DNA of 63,105 nt, filler included, from Chiloscyllium plagiosum (Eukaryota), in NCBI RefSeq assembly GCF_004010195.1. It is 3 parts of one record of this genome, joined end to end, with 100 filler letters (N's around TTAATTAATTAA, not from the genome) between each part and the next. Parts side by side here need not be neighbours in the genome. Positions count along the whole stretch, not along the records: positions 17,979 to 48,585 come from NC_057710.1; 2 more parts are not named here. One strand, given 5' to 3'. Shown here in pieces: positions 24,151-37,169 of this stretch (positions are counted from its first letter, which is position 1; each line of letters begins with the position of its first letter). The position numbers and the translations under genes were made by a program. The notes beneath the pieces are model-generated. The model did not search any database and was not told where the DNA came from. It saw nothing but the letters and a program-made list of their open reading frames with translations.

Positions 24151-25736
24151 GTCTCATTAATGGTCCTACTGCTGGCAGAAATATGTGGGCATTCGTTTTA
24201 AGGTCTGTCACTTCCTCTATATCTTAAGAAGTCTCCACTGCACCCCTATTGACATACCTTAACATCTTGTGTAAACTCATTAGTATGCAATAGTACATAA
24301 GAGCAGGGTATTATGCTTGGTTCTATAAATCATTATTTCAGCCATTACTTGATAACTGCATTTGGTTCTGGTCACCTCATTACTGGAAGCATGAGGGTGT
24401 GCAAAGGAGATTTTCAAGGGAGTTATAAGGACAAGAAGAATGCACCAGTAGCTTTGAAGCGGTAAACAGGCCCCTCACAATTTGGTTCTAGTATTGTGAG
24501 TATGAATATATAGTAGTCCTCACGTACCCAAGGGGGTTAAGATCCAAGACCTACTGCAGATAGTAGCGAGCCCAGTCATTTAAATGGGAAATTTAGCTTC
24601 CCGGCAGCCCCCAGTCCCTCATTCTGGAATGTTCCATGTAATGTGTTCGGGCCATGACAAACTGTGGATAACTGAAACCACAGAAATGGCCATCACCCTG
24701 TATATATCAAATGGTTTGGACATGTTAGGAAACTCCTCTTTGGTAAGTAAGAAATAGCTTCTGGCCCAGGGTGGGGAATGTTTCAACTGCACAACAAAGT
24801 CTTTTCTGAGAACACGTCCGTAACTCTAATAGCTTTTAAAATAGTGATGGAAAAGGATAGGTTGGATCTGGAAGTCAAATTTCTGAATTGGAGGAAGGCC
24901 AATTTTGACGGTATTAGGCAAGAAGTTTCAAAAGTTAATTGGGGGCAAATGTTCACAGGTAAAGGGGTGGTTGGAAAATTGGAAGTCTTCAAAAATGAGG
25001 TAACACGAGTGCAGAGACAGTATGCTCCTGTTAGTGTAAAGGGCAAGGCTGGTAGGTGTAGGGAATGCTGGATGACTAGAGAAATTGAGTCTCTGCTCAA
25101 GAAAAAGACATATACACAGCAAGGATCAAGTATAAAGTCAGAAGTATAATTAACAGTGAAATTAGGAGATAGCTTTGGCAAATAGGGTTAAGGAGAAACT
25201 AAAGGGATGCGACAAATACGTTAAGGACAAATTAGTGACTAGGGAGAGAATAGGGCTCAACAAGGCTACCTATGTGTGGAACCATTGGAGATAGGTGCGA
25301 TACTAAACAAGTATTTTGCATCAGTATTTACTGGAAGATAGAGAACTTGGGGAAATAGCAACGTCTTGAAAAATGTCCATATTGCAGAGGAGATGGTGCT
25401 GGATGTCATAAAACTCATAAAGGTGGATAATTCCCCAGGACTTGATCAGGTGTATCCTGAACTCTGTGATAAGCTAGGGAAGTGATTGCTGGCCCCTTTC
25501 TGAAATATTTGTATCGTCGATAGCCACAGGCGAGGTGCTGGAAGACTGGAGGTTGGTTAACATGTAAAGAAAGGTGATAAGGAAAAGCCAGGGAACTATA
25601 GACCAGTGAGCCTGACACCGGTGGTGGGCAAGTTGTTGGAATCCTGAGGAATAGGATTTACATGCATTTGGAAAGGTGTGATTAGGGATAGTCAACATGA
25701 ATTTGTGCATGGGAAATAGTGTCTCACTAACTTGAT

Positions 25737-26255
25737 TGATTCGTAGATGCCGGTGTTGGACTGGGGTGTACAAAGTTAAAAATCACACAACACTAGCCTT
25801 CAGAGCGACGCTCCTTCATCAGGTGGCAGTGGAGGGCTCGATCGTCACACAGAATTTATAGCAAAAATTTACAGTGTGATGTAACTGAAATTATACATTG
25901 AAAAATTAATTGTCTGTTAAGCCTTTCATCTGTTAGAATACAGTGATAGTTTCACTTTATGTGTAAATCACAAAACCTTTTTTTGAAAAGTTGCATTCTC
26001 AGGTTAGCTGTTAACAATGGTGATAGCTAGACAATATGTTGAAGGTGTTGGCACCCTGTGTTCTCTGTCTATGCCATGATATTTAGATTGATTCTAATCT
26101 AAAAAGTGAGATAATGGAGTTATACATGAATGCATGCAGTTTTTGAGCAAAGTACAATGTAACCCTGCAAGTAAATGTGAGGTGAATTTGTACTTGCAGA
26201 GTTACATTGCACTTTGCTCAAAAACTGCATGCATTCATGTAGAACTCTGAGCTCA
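25737..26255 (-). mobile_element. Penelope 3' UTR/pLTR fragment with degenerate hammerhead and internal inversion
   Basis: Reverse complement of 48230-48585; same terminus as the 17025 and 50487 copies; inversion switch near 26180. Confidence 0.8.
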
Positions 26256-26334
26256 AATGGATAAATGTGAGGTGCTGCATTTTGGAAAGGAAAACAAGGC
26301 AGGATTTATACACTTAATAAGGTCCTGGTGAGTG

Positions 26335-26600
26335 TACCAATGTTGGGTAAGGGTGAACAAAGTAAAAAAAAAAAATCACACAACACCAGGTTACAGTCCA
26401 ATAGGTTTATTTAGAAGTACTACCTTTCAGAGCACTGCTCCTTCATCGGGTAACTGTTCTAGGTAATCTAGCAGTTGCATGACTTGTGATCTTTTGCTAT
26501 AAATTCTGTCTTATGACTTTGCCCCACCAGTTACCTGATGAAGAAGCAGTACTCTGAAAGCTAGTACTTCCAAATAAACCTGATGTTGTGATTTTTAATC
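26335..26600. mobile_element. Older palindromic Penelope-derived insertion with hammerhead motifs
   Basis: tac-CTGATGA-agaagcagtactct-GAAAG-CTA-gta at ~26532-26566, with a mirror arm at ~26417-26452. Confidence 0.75.
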
Positions 26601-29600
26601 TGAAGAAGAGACCTTGGAGTGCAGGTTCATAGTTCCTTGAAAGTGGAGTAACAGGTTGATAGGATAGTGAAGGTGGCGTTTGGAACGCTTGTCTTTATTG
26701 GTCAGTTCATTGATTATAGGAATTGGAAGGTCATGTTGTAGCTGTACAGGACATTGGTTAGGCCACACTTGGAACACTGCATTCAATTCTGGTCTCCCTG
26801 CTATAAGAAGGATGTTGTGAAGCTTCAAAGGGTTTAGAAAAGATTTGCAATAATGTTGCCAGGGTTGGAGGTATAGGGAGAGGCTGGATAGACTGAATAT
26901 TTTCCTTGGAGTGTCATAGGCTGAGGAGTGCCCTTTATAGAGGTATGTAAAACCAGGAGGGGTATGGATGTCCTTTCCCCACAGTGAAGGAGTCCAAAAC
27001 TAAAGGGCATATGCTTAAGGTGACGGGGAAAGATTTGAAAGGGACCTAAGGGGAAACTTTCACACACAGGGTGGCATGTGTGTAGAACAAAGACAGGTAG
27101 TGGGACCGGTAAACTGAGGCAGGGAGGCTGCAGAGGGATTTGGATAGATCAGGAGAATGAGCAAAGAATTGGCAGATGGAATACAACATGGGCAAGTGTG
27201 AGGACCATGCACTTTGGACGAACACAAGCATGACTATTTTCTACATGGGGAGAAAATTCAAAAGTCTGAAGTGCAAAGAGACTTTGGAGTTCTCGTCCAG
27301 GATTCTCTCAAGGTTAACTTGCAGGTTGACTTGGTATTTGCGCTCCTAAAGTTTGGGCTATGCCTCATGAGGGAAGTACTGGCCCTGGAGAAGGTTCATG
27401 AGACTGATCCTAGGAATGAAAGGCTTAATGGATGAGGAATGTCTGAGGGCTCTCGGTCTATACTCAGAATTTAGATGGATGAGGGGGATCTAATTGAAAC
27501 ATACAGAATACTGAGTGGCCTGAACAGAGTGGACTTTAGGAGGATGTTTCTATTGGTAGATGAGGTCCTGAGGGCACAGCCATGGAGTAAAGGGAAGACC
27601 TTTTAAAATGGAGATAAGGAGAAACTCCTTCAGCCGGAGAGTGGTGAATCTATGGAATTCACTGCCACAGAAGGCTGTGGAGGCCAGGTCATTGAGTATA
27701 TTTAAGACTGAGATTGATCCCATTGACAATCAGGAACTATCTAAGGTAATGGGGGAAAAGCAGGGTTGAGAAACTGAGTACCATGATTGAATGGAGGAGC
27801 AATTTAAATTACATTTAAAAGGTATGTAGATGTGTATATGAAAAGGAAGGATTGAAGGGGATATGGGCCAAATGCTGGCAGATGGGACTAGATTTATTTA
27901 GAATATCTGGTCAGTAGAAATGAATTGGACCAAAGGATCTATTTCCATGCTCTATGACTATGTGTACAGATTTTGTGATCTCCTGCCTCATCAGACATCT
28001 GGGTCCTTCCATCTGCTCACACTATCACCTTGAGGTTCTGAGAGTGAACTCCTCACCCTGCAAGGTATACATTGAGCTACCTTCTGGACTTCGTGTGCTG
28101 TTGGGAAGAAAGAGAGCTCGAAGAGTTTGACCCAGTGACAGAGGGGGAAAAAGTTACCACTGTGCATTCGAGATCCAACAACATAGGTAGAACAACCAAC
28201 AAGGATTTGTGGAGTGATTCAAAGGAACTTAATTAAAATGTATTCCTTCATGGGATGTGGGTGTTGCTAGATCAGTAAGCATTTATTGCCTGTTCCTGCA
28301 TAAATTGTAAAGGAAGAGAGTGGGTAAAGTAAACATTGGTCCGTTAGAAGGAGAGACAGGTAATGGAGAAAAAAGGAAATAGCAGAAACAATGAAATATT
28401 CTTTCTGACGTTGTTGGGAAAACACTGGAAATTATTAGTCTTAGTGATAGTTAGAAAATTGTAGTGTGATCAGACAAAGTCAACACAATATTGTGAGATT
28501 AGTTTTTAATAAGCTTAAGAGTCAGAGTTGCTGGGACAGTTGAGGAAGCCAGTAGAAAATATGCTGGGACTTTTCTTACTGGAGTGCAGGAGGTTGAGGG
28601 GGTGACTTTAGAGGTTTATAAAATCATGAGGGGCATAGATAAAGTGAATAGCAAGGGATTTTTTCCCCTAGGGTTGGGGAGTTCTGAATTAGGAGTCTTA
28701 ATTTTAAGGTGAGAGGAGAAAGTTCTAAAATAGACATGAGGGGCAACTTTTTAAACAGTGGCTCATATGTGGAATGAACTGCCAGAGGAAGTGGTATTCA
28801 TGTCTTTTATAGTTACAACATTTAAAAGACATGAATAGGAAAGGTTTGGAGGGAATGTGGGACTTAGTTTAGGAACATGGTTGGCCTGGATTAGTGGACC
28901 GAAGGATCTGTTTCTATGACCTTCACAAAGTATTGTGTTAGACTTGTTAGCAAGGTTAGAGCTCATCAAATTATGGGGAGATTAGGTGAGGGATAGTGTG
29001 TGCTGGTAAAGAGCTGGTTTTCTGACTGGAGGGAGGTGTGGTAACTGTCAGGTTAAGTCATTAGGACAAAGGCAGCATACTGACAGACTCTGGCAATCTG
29101 TAATTAAAATGCTCAACACTCAGCAGGTCTCTGCTGAGGATGTGCCTTTGGGCAGCTTGCCACTAATGTTTCCAAGTGAAACTTCATTGTGTCCCATATT
29201 AATTGCTATAAGTTTCTCCAGGAAGGTATGAGGCTGAGTGCTCTGCAGATGGTGGGTTACTCTCTTGGCTGTTAGAAACAGGAATATTCTCCAGTCCTGT
29301 CATGAGTCACACACAAGGATCAGAACACTGTTTGGAAGGCTTTGTAATTCCCAACCTCCCCTTACAATGGACTTAAACAGACAGTGACATTCCTAGGAAA
29401 TGCTGCTAATCCTCTGAAGAACATCCAATTATTTCCCTACTGAAATCCCTGGTTTAAGCATCAACTTTGGAGCTGAATTGATTATCAAAGTCTGAGATTT
29501 CTCCATTACTATTTTTAAAAGCACTAAACCTCATCCTCGACAGTAACTAACAGCCAGCCTGCTCCAAAAACTCGCCCCATTCAGACTCTCACCACTATCA

Positions 29601-29723
29601 ATGAATTAATATCCTCTTTCTCTAAAGATCTCAGTGAAAGGAAAAGCTTACAAGTTGTCATCGATTTTTACCAGACTGCCCCAAAGTGGCTGCAAGTGAT
29701 GAGACCATTTTAATTTAAATATC

Positions 29724-29729
29724 TTTATT
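29724..29729 (-). terminator. Candidate AATAAA polyA signal of ALMS1
   Basis: tttatt on + strand, ~55 nt beyond the stop codon. Confidence 0.4.
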
Positions 29730-29782
29730 TACATTTGAGTAGTTTTCACAGTAAGGATGAAATCTCTAGAACCAGGCTCTGC

Positions 29783-29827
29783 TCACTGCCAGGATACCTT
29801 CCTTCCCAACACATGGTTTGTGATCTT
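29783..29827 (-). CDS. ALMS1: ALMS1 terminal coding exon
   Basis: ttttctgtgcag| then KITNHVLGRKVSWQ*, matching the ALMS1 C-terminus (xxTNxxLGRKVxW). Confidence 0.92.
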   Translation of the reverse strand, partial: KITNHVLGRKVSWQ

Positions 29828-30820
29828 CTGCACAGAAAATGAAGGTAGGAGAAGAATGTTAGACAACATACAAACCTTTCCTAAGACTCAGCTTTCAACA
29901 CACATCAGTGTTTCCCAACTTTAACATCAGATTGAGCGATAGTACAGCTAGGGCAGGTCTCTCACTCTCCCCCCATTTTAGGGCCAGACAGGCTCTTCAG
30001 TATTGAATTCTTAGCTGTGTATTCCAGTTCCCCACCCAGAGTACACTGTATGCCCTTAACACACATGGTGTTGAACAGAGGAGTACTGATTCATCAGCCG
30101 AGAGAGGATGGTACAGAGTAATTGGCAGGAGATTTCCTCACCCATCTTTAACCTGAGACTTTGAGGTATCTGCAGTCAACGTTGAGGACTCCCCGGACGT
30201 TCCCTCCTGATTGTATATCACCGTACTGCCCCCTCCAGTGGGACAGGTGCTGATTGTGGTGTCCGGGACATTGTAAGGTGTCAGGCTGTTGCTTGAGTAG
30301 TCTGCGAGATAGCTCTCCCAGTTTTGGCACTAGCCCCCCCCCCCAGATGTTAGTGAGAGGGGGGCTTGGCCAGCTGTGTGTCTGGTTTCCATTAACAGCT
30401 GATAAAATCAAGTGGCTTGCCTGACCATTTCAGAGAGCAGTTGAATGTCAGCCCTTGTGTAGGCCTGACCAAGTGAAGGATGGCAGATTCCCTTCCCTTA
30501 GGGCCATCAGTGAAGCTGACGGCGGTTTTCCAACAGTTGGGGATGGTTTAGTGGTCATCATCAGAGTTTTAATACCAGCCCCTTTCCCACTGCAGCCCCC
30601 TGCTGTGGTGGGTTGCAGATCTGGTTCTCTGGATTACTACTCCAGCAGCAATGTTTATGTACATACACACACACACACACACCCTCCCCTCAGTCAGTGC
30701 AGGGCTCAGCACTGACCCTGGGTAGAATTCTTGCCCAGCTCCTAAGTATGGTGTGAAATAGCTGTGCATCTAAGGTAGCACAGTGCTGTGCCTGCCGAGT
30801 TGTTACTGGGAAGAGATTAC

Positions 30821-30920
30821 CTGCTTGTACAGCTGAGCCTTTAGTCTGTTGGTCTGATATTCCCTTTTGCGTTTTTCCTCTTCCTTTCTCCTGGTGACCT
30901 CAGGAAGCTGCTCGTACAGA
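30821..30920 (-). CDS. ALMS1: ALMS1 penultimate exon, ALMS motif (phase 2-0)
   Basis: cgttacag|...CAG|gtaatc. Encodes LYEQLPEVTRRKEEEKRKREYQTNRLKAQLYKQ. Confidence 0.93.
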
Positions 30921-31704
30921 CTGTAACGAGTGGAGGGAAAGACATGGGTAAAATCGGACCATTTCACCTCCTGTGGAGAGGCTCTGAGCTGGGAGCTGGA
31001 GCAATAGAGTGAGGTGGAAGATTGCAGCTGAGGGAAGGGTCAGGATGAGATAAGAGAGGCAGGAGGAGAGTGAAGGATCAGCTCACATGCTCAGCAGCAG
31101 TGGGGACACGGAATTACTGGAGAGCTTGCCTAAAGCAGCTGACACAATGTGAAGAAAATAGAGCTTCCCTGGAAGATCCTGATATTAATCCCGTTGCAGT
31201 GCAAGGACACAGCCACGTCAAGCCAATGCTTCAAGTTCCCTCTCTGTTCTCTGTTGAATGAACTTCAGATTTCCCAATTAGTGTAGACATGGTCAGGTTT
31301 ATACCCGTCGGTCCCCAAAGGTCAACACTGAGTCCTGGGCTATAGTCATGGTCACAGGGTCAAGGGTCAAGGGTCAAATCTGGAAAAAGGTTTGGAAGAG
31401 CTGATTGAGTCTGCATCGGTCAGTGCTGCAGCTCTCTTGGACTCTGACGGAGACTTCTCTCAATGGGAACGGTCATTCTCTCACAGAGGTTTGCAATGAG
31501 AGTCGACCATCGTGTGGGTCAGCGGCTCAGAGTGGCTGAGGGGAGCAGACTCCCATCCCTGAAGGACAGTCATTACTGTAGCTGGGGTTTTAACGATGAT
31601 CTGGCAATGTTAAATGGCTTTGGTTGGTGTCAGCTGGAGACAAGGAACCAGACTTATTGAACTGAATCTGTCTCAGTCTGCCGTGGTGGGATTTGAACAG
31701 ACAA

Positions 31705-32420
31705 TCAGAGAGTCAGAGATATATAGCATGGAAACAAACCCTTCGGTCCAACCCGTCCTTGCCAACCAGATATCCCAACCTAATCTAGTCCCATTTGCCA
31801 GCACCTGGCCCATATCCCTCCAAACCCTTCCCATTCATATACCCATCCAGATGCCTTTTAAATGTTGCAATTGTACCAGCCTCCACTACATCCTCTGGCA
31901 GTTCATTCCAGACACGTACCACCCTCTGTGTGAAAAAGTTGTCCCTTGAGTCCCTTTTAAATCTTTCCCCTCTCACCCTAAACTTATGCCCTCTAGTTCA
32001 GGGCTCACCCACACCAGGGAAAAGACCTTGTCTATTTACCCTATCCATGCCCCTCATGATTTTATAAGGTCACCCCTCAGCCTCCGCGCTCCTGGGAAAA
32101 CAGCCCCAGCCTGTTCAGCCTCTCCCTATAGGTCAAATCCTCCAACCCTGGCAACATCCTTGTAAATCTTTTCTGTTCAAGGAGCTACGAACCTGCACTC
32201 CAAGTTCTCTTTGTTGAGCAACATTCCCTAGGACCTTACCATTAAGTGTATAAGTCCTGCTAAGATTTGCTTTCCCAAAATGCAGCACCTCGCATTTATC
32301 TGAATTAAACTCCATCTGCCACTTCTCAGCCCATTGGCCCATCTGGTCCAGATCCTGTTGTAATCTGAGGTAACCCTCTTCGCTGTCCACTACACCTCCA
32401 ATTTTGGTGTCATCTGTAAA
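31705..32420 (-). mobile_element. CR1 LINE 3' fragment
   Basis: DDTKIGGVVDSEEGYLRLQQDLDQMGQWAEKWQMEFN, FFTQRVVRVWNELP. Confidence 0.9.
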
Positions 32421-32554
32421 CTTAATCTCCGGGTTACAGGACACCCCTGAGAATAGGGGCTTGAGGGATGGAAGGGAGAATATCGGGCGTGTGGTCTGTC
32501 AGGGGGTACGACACAAACAGAACTAACAGCACCATCAGCTAAAGACACACTCAC

Positions 32555-32615
32555 CGCTTGGACCGATCGAACATCTCCCTCTTTGGGATTTTCTTCTTCA
32601 GTAGAATGGCATCAG
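32555..32615 (-). CDS. ALMS1: ALMS1 exon, ALMS motif (phase 1-2)
   Basis: tttttcag|...CG|gtgagt. Encodes ADAILLKKKIPKREMFDRSK(R). Confidence 0.9.
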
Positions 32616-33052
32616 CTGAAAAACACAAAACAGAGGGAAAGTGACACTGGGTGAACAGCTCAACGTGCTGAGCACAGGCAATAGAAACACAAGACCAAAG
32701 TATTGCTGATCAGGATATCAGGGGCCCTTTGCCATTCGTGACAGCTCAGTGGCTTCATTGACCACTCCAGAGGCTTCTATGGGATCGGAGTCACATCTCA
32801 ATCAGACAAACTATGGTTTCATTAACGAATCAGACAGTCAATGACCACAAACCCATGGTCACTTCAACTGATCCCAGCTCCTTTCTGATGTCAAACTGTG
32901 ATGAGAGTCCTCAGGTTACTGCTCCACACAGTGCCGGGTCAGGCGAGATACTGATTAGATTTGTTAGGATGGAGTGTGGGGAGACGCAGAGTGTGTATGT
33001 GGAGCTGCTGACCTGTTCCGCTGTTGTATATTGGGTGTACGGTCACACTCAC

Positions 33053-33227
33053 CCAGTGCACAGCCCTTCCTGCTCCTGCGGCCTCTCTCTTGGGGCTGGT
33101 TAAAAAGTCTCTCTCGCTCACTCTGCAGGATGCTCTGTATCTTCCTCTCTTCCGTCAACAACTCCAGGCGCCTCACCCGTTGCCGAGAATGGGAGATAAA
33201 ATCTGGTCTGTTCATGTGTAAGGCCTC
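33053..33227 (-). CDS. ALMS1: ALMS1 exon, start of ALMS motif (phase 0-1)
   Basis: ttgccag|...G|gtgagt. Encodes EALHMNRPDFISHSRQRVRRLELLTEERKIQSILQSERERLFNQPQERGRRSRKGCAL. Confidence 0.92.
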
Positions 33228-33624
33228 CTGGCAACAAAATAAACCAAACAAGAAACAGTGTGAGAAAAACAGAGGGCTGGGTGTGGGAAGAGATGGACAG
33301 AGATAGAGAGTGAGCGAGCAACACCTGGGCATTCCTGCTCACGAACCTGATTAGAGCAAGGACTAAGCCAGCTCCCGGGATACCGAGTCTCAGCTAAGTC
33401 AGCTCCTTGTGGACTCACTCATCATTCCAGCTCATGCTCCCTCAGACTCTCTGAACAAGTCTCTGGCCTGTGTGAAGATCCCCCACCAACACCACCTCCC
33501 AAACAATTAAGCTCAACCCTCTCCACCAACCTCTGAAATAACCTCATCCCCACCTTCAAACTACTAAACTGAACCCTTCCACGTTAATAACGTGCTCTCA
33601 TTAACTGGAGAATGGGGCACCTTC

Positions 33625-33865
33625 TGTCAGAAAACAGATTTGAGGAGAAACAATTTCTCCCAGAGGGTTGTGAATCTGTGGAATTCACTCTCCCCAAAGT
33701 GCGGTGGATGCTGGGACAGTGAGTAAATTTGAGGAGGAGTTAGACAGATTTTTAATTGGTGATGGGTTGAAGGGATATGGAGAGAAGGCTGGAGAATGGG
33801 GGTGAGGAGCATCGCAGTCATGACCGATGGCGGAATGGCCTAATTCTGATCCTATATCTTATGAA
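33625..33865 (+). mobile_element. CR1 3' end fragment
   Basis: ttctcccagagggttgtgaatctgtggaattc...tcttatg tail. Confidence 0.7.
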
Positions 33866-36149
33866 CTTTTGAAGATCTCTCGTGTTCACGAGCATGGAAG
33901 GTGATGTCATCGAAATCTGAACATCTACGTGACGGTGGTCAGAGTAGACACTGGGAAGCTCAGGGAGTGAAGTTATTGAGTTATTGAGGATAGTCAGGGC
34001 ATGGGACTGACAGACGTTTGGAAATAAAGTAAATGGAGTGAGACTTCAGAGCCAGGCTTCAAGTCCTCTCCTGCTCCTAATCCTGAGGTAACAACATTGG
34101 AAACATTAACCCATAGAAGTTGCAGTAGACAATTTGGCCCACTCCTGCCCCATCACTCCATAAAACCCTCTGGCTCTTCATCCTTTTGGGAAACAGACTC
34201 ACCTGATCTTGTCAGACAGCATCTGTGGAGATGGCAACTGTGTTAACATTGTGTTTGGGATTAAGTCTACTCTCTCCGTGTCTCTCAGAAGTGGGAGGTC
34301 AGCGACTCACAAAAGGAGTGCAAATGAAGTCAAAAAGGGTTTTATCAAATGTTTGTCTTCTGGAGCAATACAAAATTGTTTTGCTCCATAAACCATTCCA
34401 GAAGCTGGTTTTAAAATGTGCAAGGTTTAATTTTCCTACTTGTTTTGGGGTGCAGATTTGGAAAGACAGTGAGAAATTGAAAGATCACACTGAAGATTCC
34501 CAGCGGTGTAACTTTGCAGCGCTGTTTCCCAACTACAGCCACACAGTCAGCTTTCCTCGATTTGTACATGGATTCTGGAGCAGCTTGTATCATGTTTATT
34601 CTTTCAGGGGATGTGGGTGTCACTCGCAAAGCCAGTATTTATTACCCATCCCTACCTGCTCCTGGAGTGAGTGGCTGGGACATTTCAGAGGGCAACTGAG
34701 AGTCACCTACATTGCTGTGAGTCTGGAGTCACATGTAGGTCAGACCAGGTCAGACATTAGTGAATCAGATGAGTTTTTATATACGCACAGGAAACAGAAG
34801 TAGGCCACTCGGCCCTTCAAGTCTGCTCTCCCATTCAGTAAGATCATAGAGGATCTGATTTTAACCTCAACTCCACACTGAGAATCCATCAATCTCTGCC
34901 TTCAAGATATTTAAAGATTCTGTATCTACCGCCTTTTGACAAAGGGAATTCCAAAGTCTCTTGATCTTCTGAGAGCAAAATGCTTTCTCATTTCCGTGTT
35001 ATTTGGATACACCTTTATTTTTATACTATGACCCCTAGTTTTCTCACGAGAAAACACTCCACACATTTCAGGACCATCCATGTTAGTTTCAGGGTCACTA
35101 TCATCAAGAATGGCTTTTAGTTCCATATTTAGTCAGTGAATCAAAATGCCACCAGCTGCTCCCATGGAGGGAACTGAGCCAGTGTTCCCACAGCCTAAGT
35201 CTGGCCCTCTGGAATACTGGCCCAGTCACGTGATCGCTACAACACACCCCTCCCAATCTGCCTCAGCCACATGGACAGCTTTCTCCAATCACGAACACTC
35301 TCCTCTGACACCATGAACTGTCAACCTTGAACTGTGACCTGTCTGCCCAGTCCGTCACCATCCCCCCCAACCCCACCCCTTCCCAGACGGTCACATTGGA
35401 GGGGAATTTGAGGGAACACAGTGCTCATCCAGGAGATAGGAATCTTGATGTGCCGTGTTGCTGTGCACAGACACTAGGAGCTGAACCAGCTGCTCCTCTA
35501 TAGTTCTAATAACCAGTGGGTATGTACCAGGGTGAGTAGTGACTGGGTGACTGTGAAATACTTGGCTGTTAAGTGTGGGCTTGGCCATCGTGTGAGTATC
35601 ACACATCCTCACTGGGCCATACATGAGCTTCAGAACATGCTGCTGAAATATCCTCTAACCCGAAAACATTAACTCCCTGCCTTCCTTCCTTTCACATTGC
35701 AAGATTAAAAGCAAAGCATCTACTTTCTCATGTTGTCCAGCCCGCTCCATTTACCCTCCTTTAGATCGGAAAGTAGGCCCATGTACGGATACTACAGAGA
35801 CAGCAATAAATCCAAACCCATGAAAGACCTTTCAGACATATGAACATACAAAGTAGGAGCAGTAGCATACATGCTGCGGAACTCGAAGTCAAACCAGTCC
35901 GCCCCTCAAGCCTGCTCCACCATTCAAGAAGATGCGTGTAGATGGTTTGAATTCCACGCTCCCATCAAACTCAGTGTCTAACAAGAATCCATCATCTCCT
36001 TGAAGCAACAACCAGAAATCAAAGTGAAGTCCAGAAGCAGACAATGATACATAAACCCCCACACACCTCTACACCATGTAGTCCAGGAGAGAACTGATCT
36101 TTCCTACTGCTGAGATGGACTTCCAGGTAATGGCAGATGGGAAATGTCA

Positions 36150-36510
36150 AAGACTCAGAGATGTACAGCACAGAAACAGACCCTTCGGTCCAACTCATCC
36201 ATGCTGCCCAGATATCCTAAATTAATCTAGTTCCATTTGCCAGCACTTGGCCCATATCCCTCCAAACCCTTCCTATTCATATACCCATCCAGATGCCTCT
36301 TAAATGTTGCAATTGTACCAGCCTCCACCACATCCTCTGGCAGCTCATTCCATACACGTACCACCCACTGCATGAAAAAGTTGTCCCTTAGGTCCCTTTT
36401 ATGTCCGAAACATTGATTCTCCTGCTCCTCGGATGCTGCCTGACCTGCTGTGCTTTCCAACACCCCACTCTCGACTCTGATCTCCAGCATCTGCAGTCCT
36501 CACTTTCCCT
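36150..36510. mobile_element. CR1 3' end (-) joined to a Penelope 3' terminus (+)
   Basis: VVRVWNELPEDVVEAG; ccgaaacattgattctcctgctcctcggatgctg... Confidence 0.75.
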
Positions 36511-36906
36511 TTTAAAGATTTCCCACCCCCCCCTCACTCAGTCTAAAACGATTGCATATTAATATGCGGAGTGCAACAAGATCAGTCACTATCGCTCTGA
36601 ACAGTAAAGCAGAATGCAGAGACTGGAAAGACATACTCCAAACATTCCTCTAATCTTAAACAAACAATTAGAAATTGTTTGAGTCTTGGTTTGTTCTGAT
36701 GTATTCTCCCGGCCAACATTCCTCTCACCCGATGTTACTACTGCGGGGAAATGTGATTCACCAATCTCCAGCAGACACTGCTGTTTTATTGAAGAGTGGT
36801 CAGGCTGGTGATTATCAGAGCAGTAATCTCCCCTCAATGCCCTCCTGATTCACAGGAACTGCGTGTATGTTTAAGGATTATTCAGAACAATACTTGCTTC
36901 CCTTAC

Positions 36907-37154
36907 CTTTAAGGTGAGGCGGACGAGTGGGGAAGGGTGCTTGGCTGCAGTGTCAGACAGAGCAGGTTCAGAGTTCCAGCCGTTCACAGTTTCACTGGCC
37001 CACTGCTGCTGAAGGTGCTTCTCACGAAGGGGCACCCGCCCCACACTGGAGGGTGGGACCAAATCAATCCAACTTGAAGTTGAACTGTGACACCATCTTG
37101 GAACATTCTCCTTCCTCCAGCTGCACTTCAGTTCGGCAGCAGGAATAAACCAGG
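36907..37154 (-). CDS. ALMS1: ALMS1 exon (phase 1-0)
   Basis: ctaac branch point, T-rich tract, gtacag|; donor AAG|gtaagg. Encodes AWFIPAAELKCSWRKENVP...VPLREKHLQ...LVRLTLK, matching the WFVP, KENVP, PLRE and TLQ landmarks. Confidence 0.85.
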
Positions 37155-37169
37155 CTGTACAGTTGGTGA

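Larger units (their letters stand above)
24830..28920 (+). mobile_element. Patchwork of degraded CR1 ORF2 fragments with nested insertions
   Basis: LNWRKANFDGIRQEVSKVNW, PGNYRPVSLT-like segment, and several CR1 3' ends. Confidence 0.75.

Noticed and set aside
24510..24702. Possible Tigger-like DNA transposon relic
   Set aside because: Only faint resemblance; terminal inverted repeats could not be verified by eye.
29783..33227. Assignment to C10orf90/FATS or CEP295
   Set aside because: RPDFIS, ERKIQSILQSER and the LGRKVSW terminus, plus the upstream TRDVG and WFIP blocks, fit ALMS1 better.
34225..34803. 192-aa + strand ORF
   Set aside because: Antisense within an ALMS1 intron, runs into SINE sequence, no recognisable domain.
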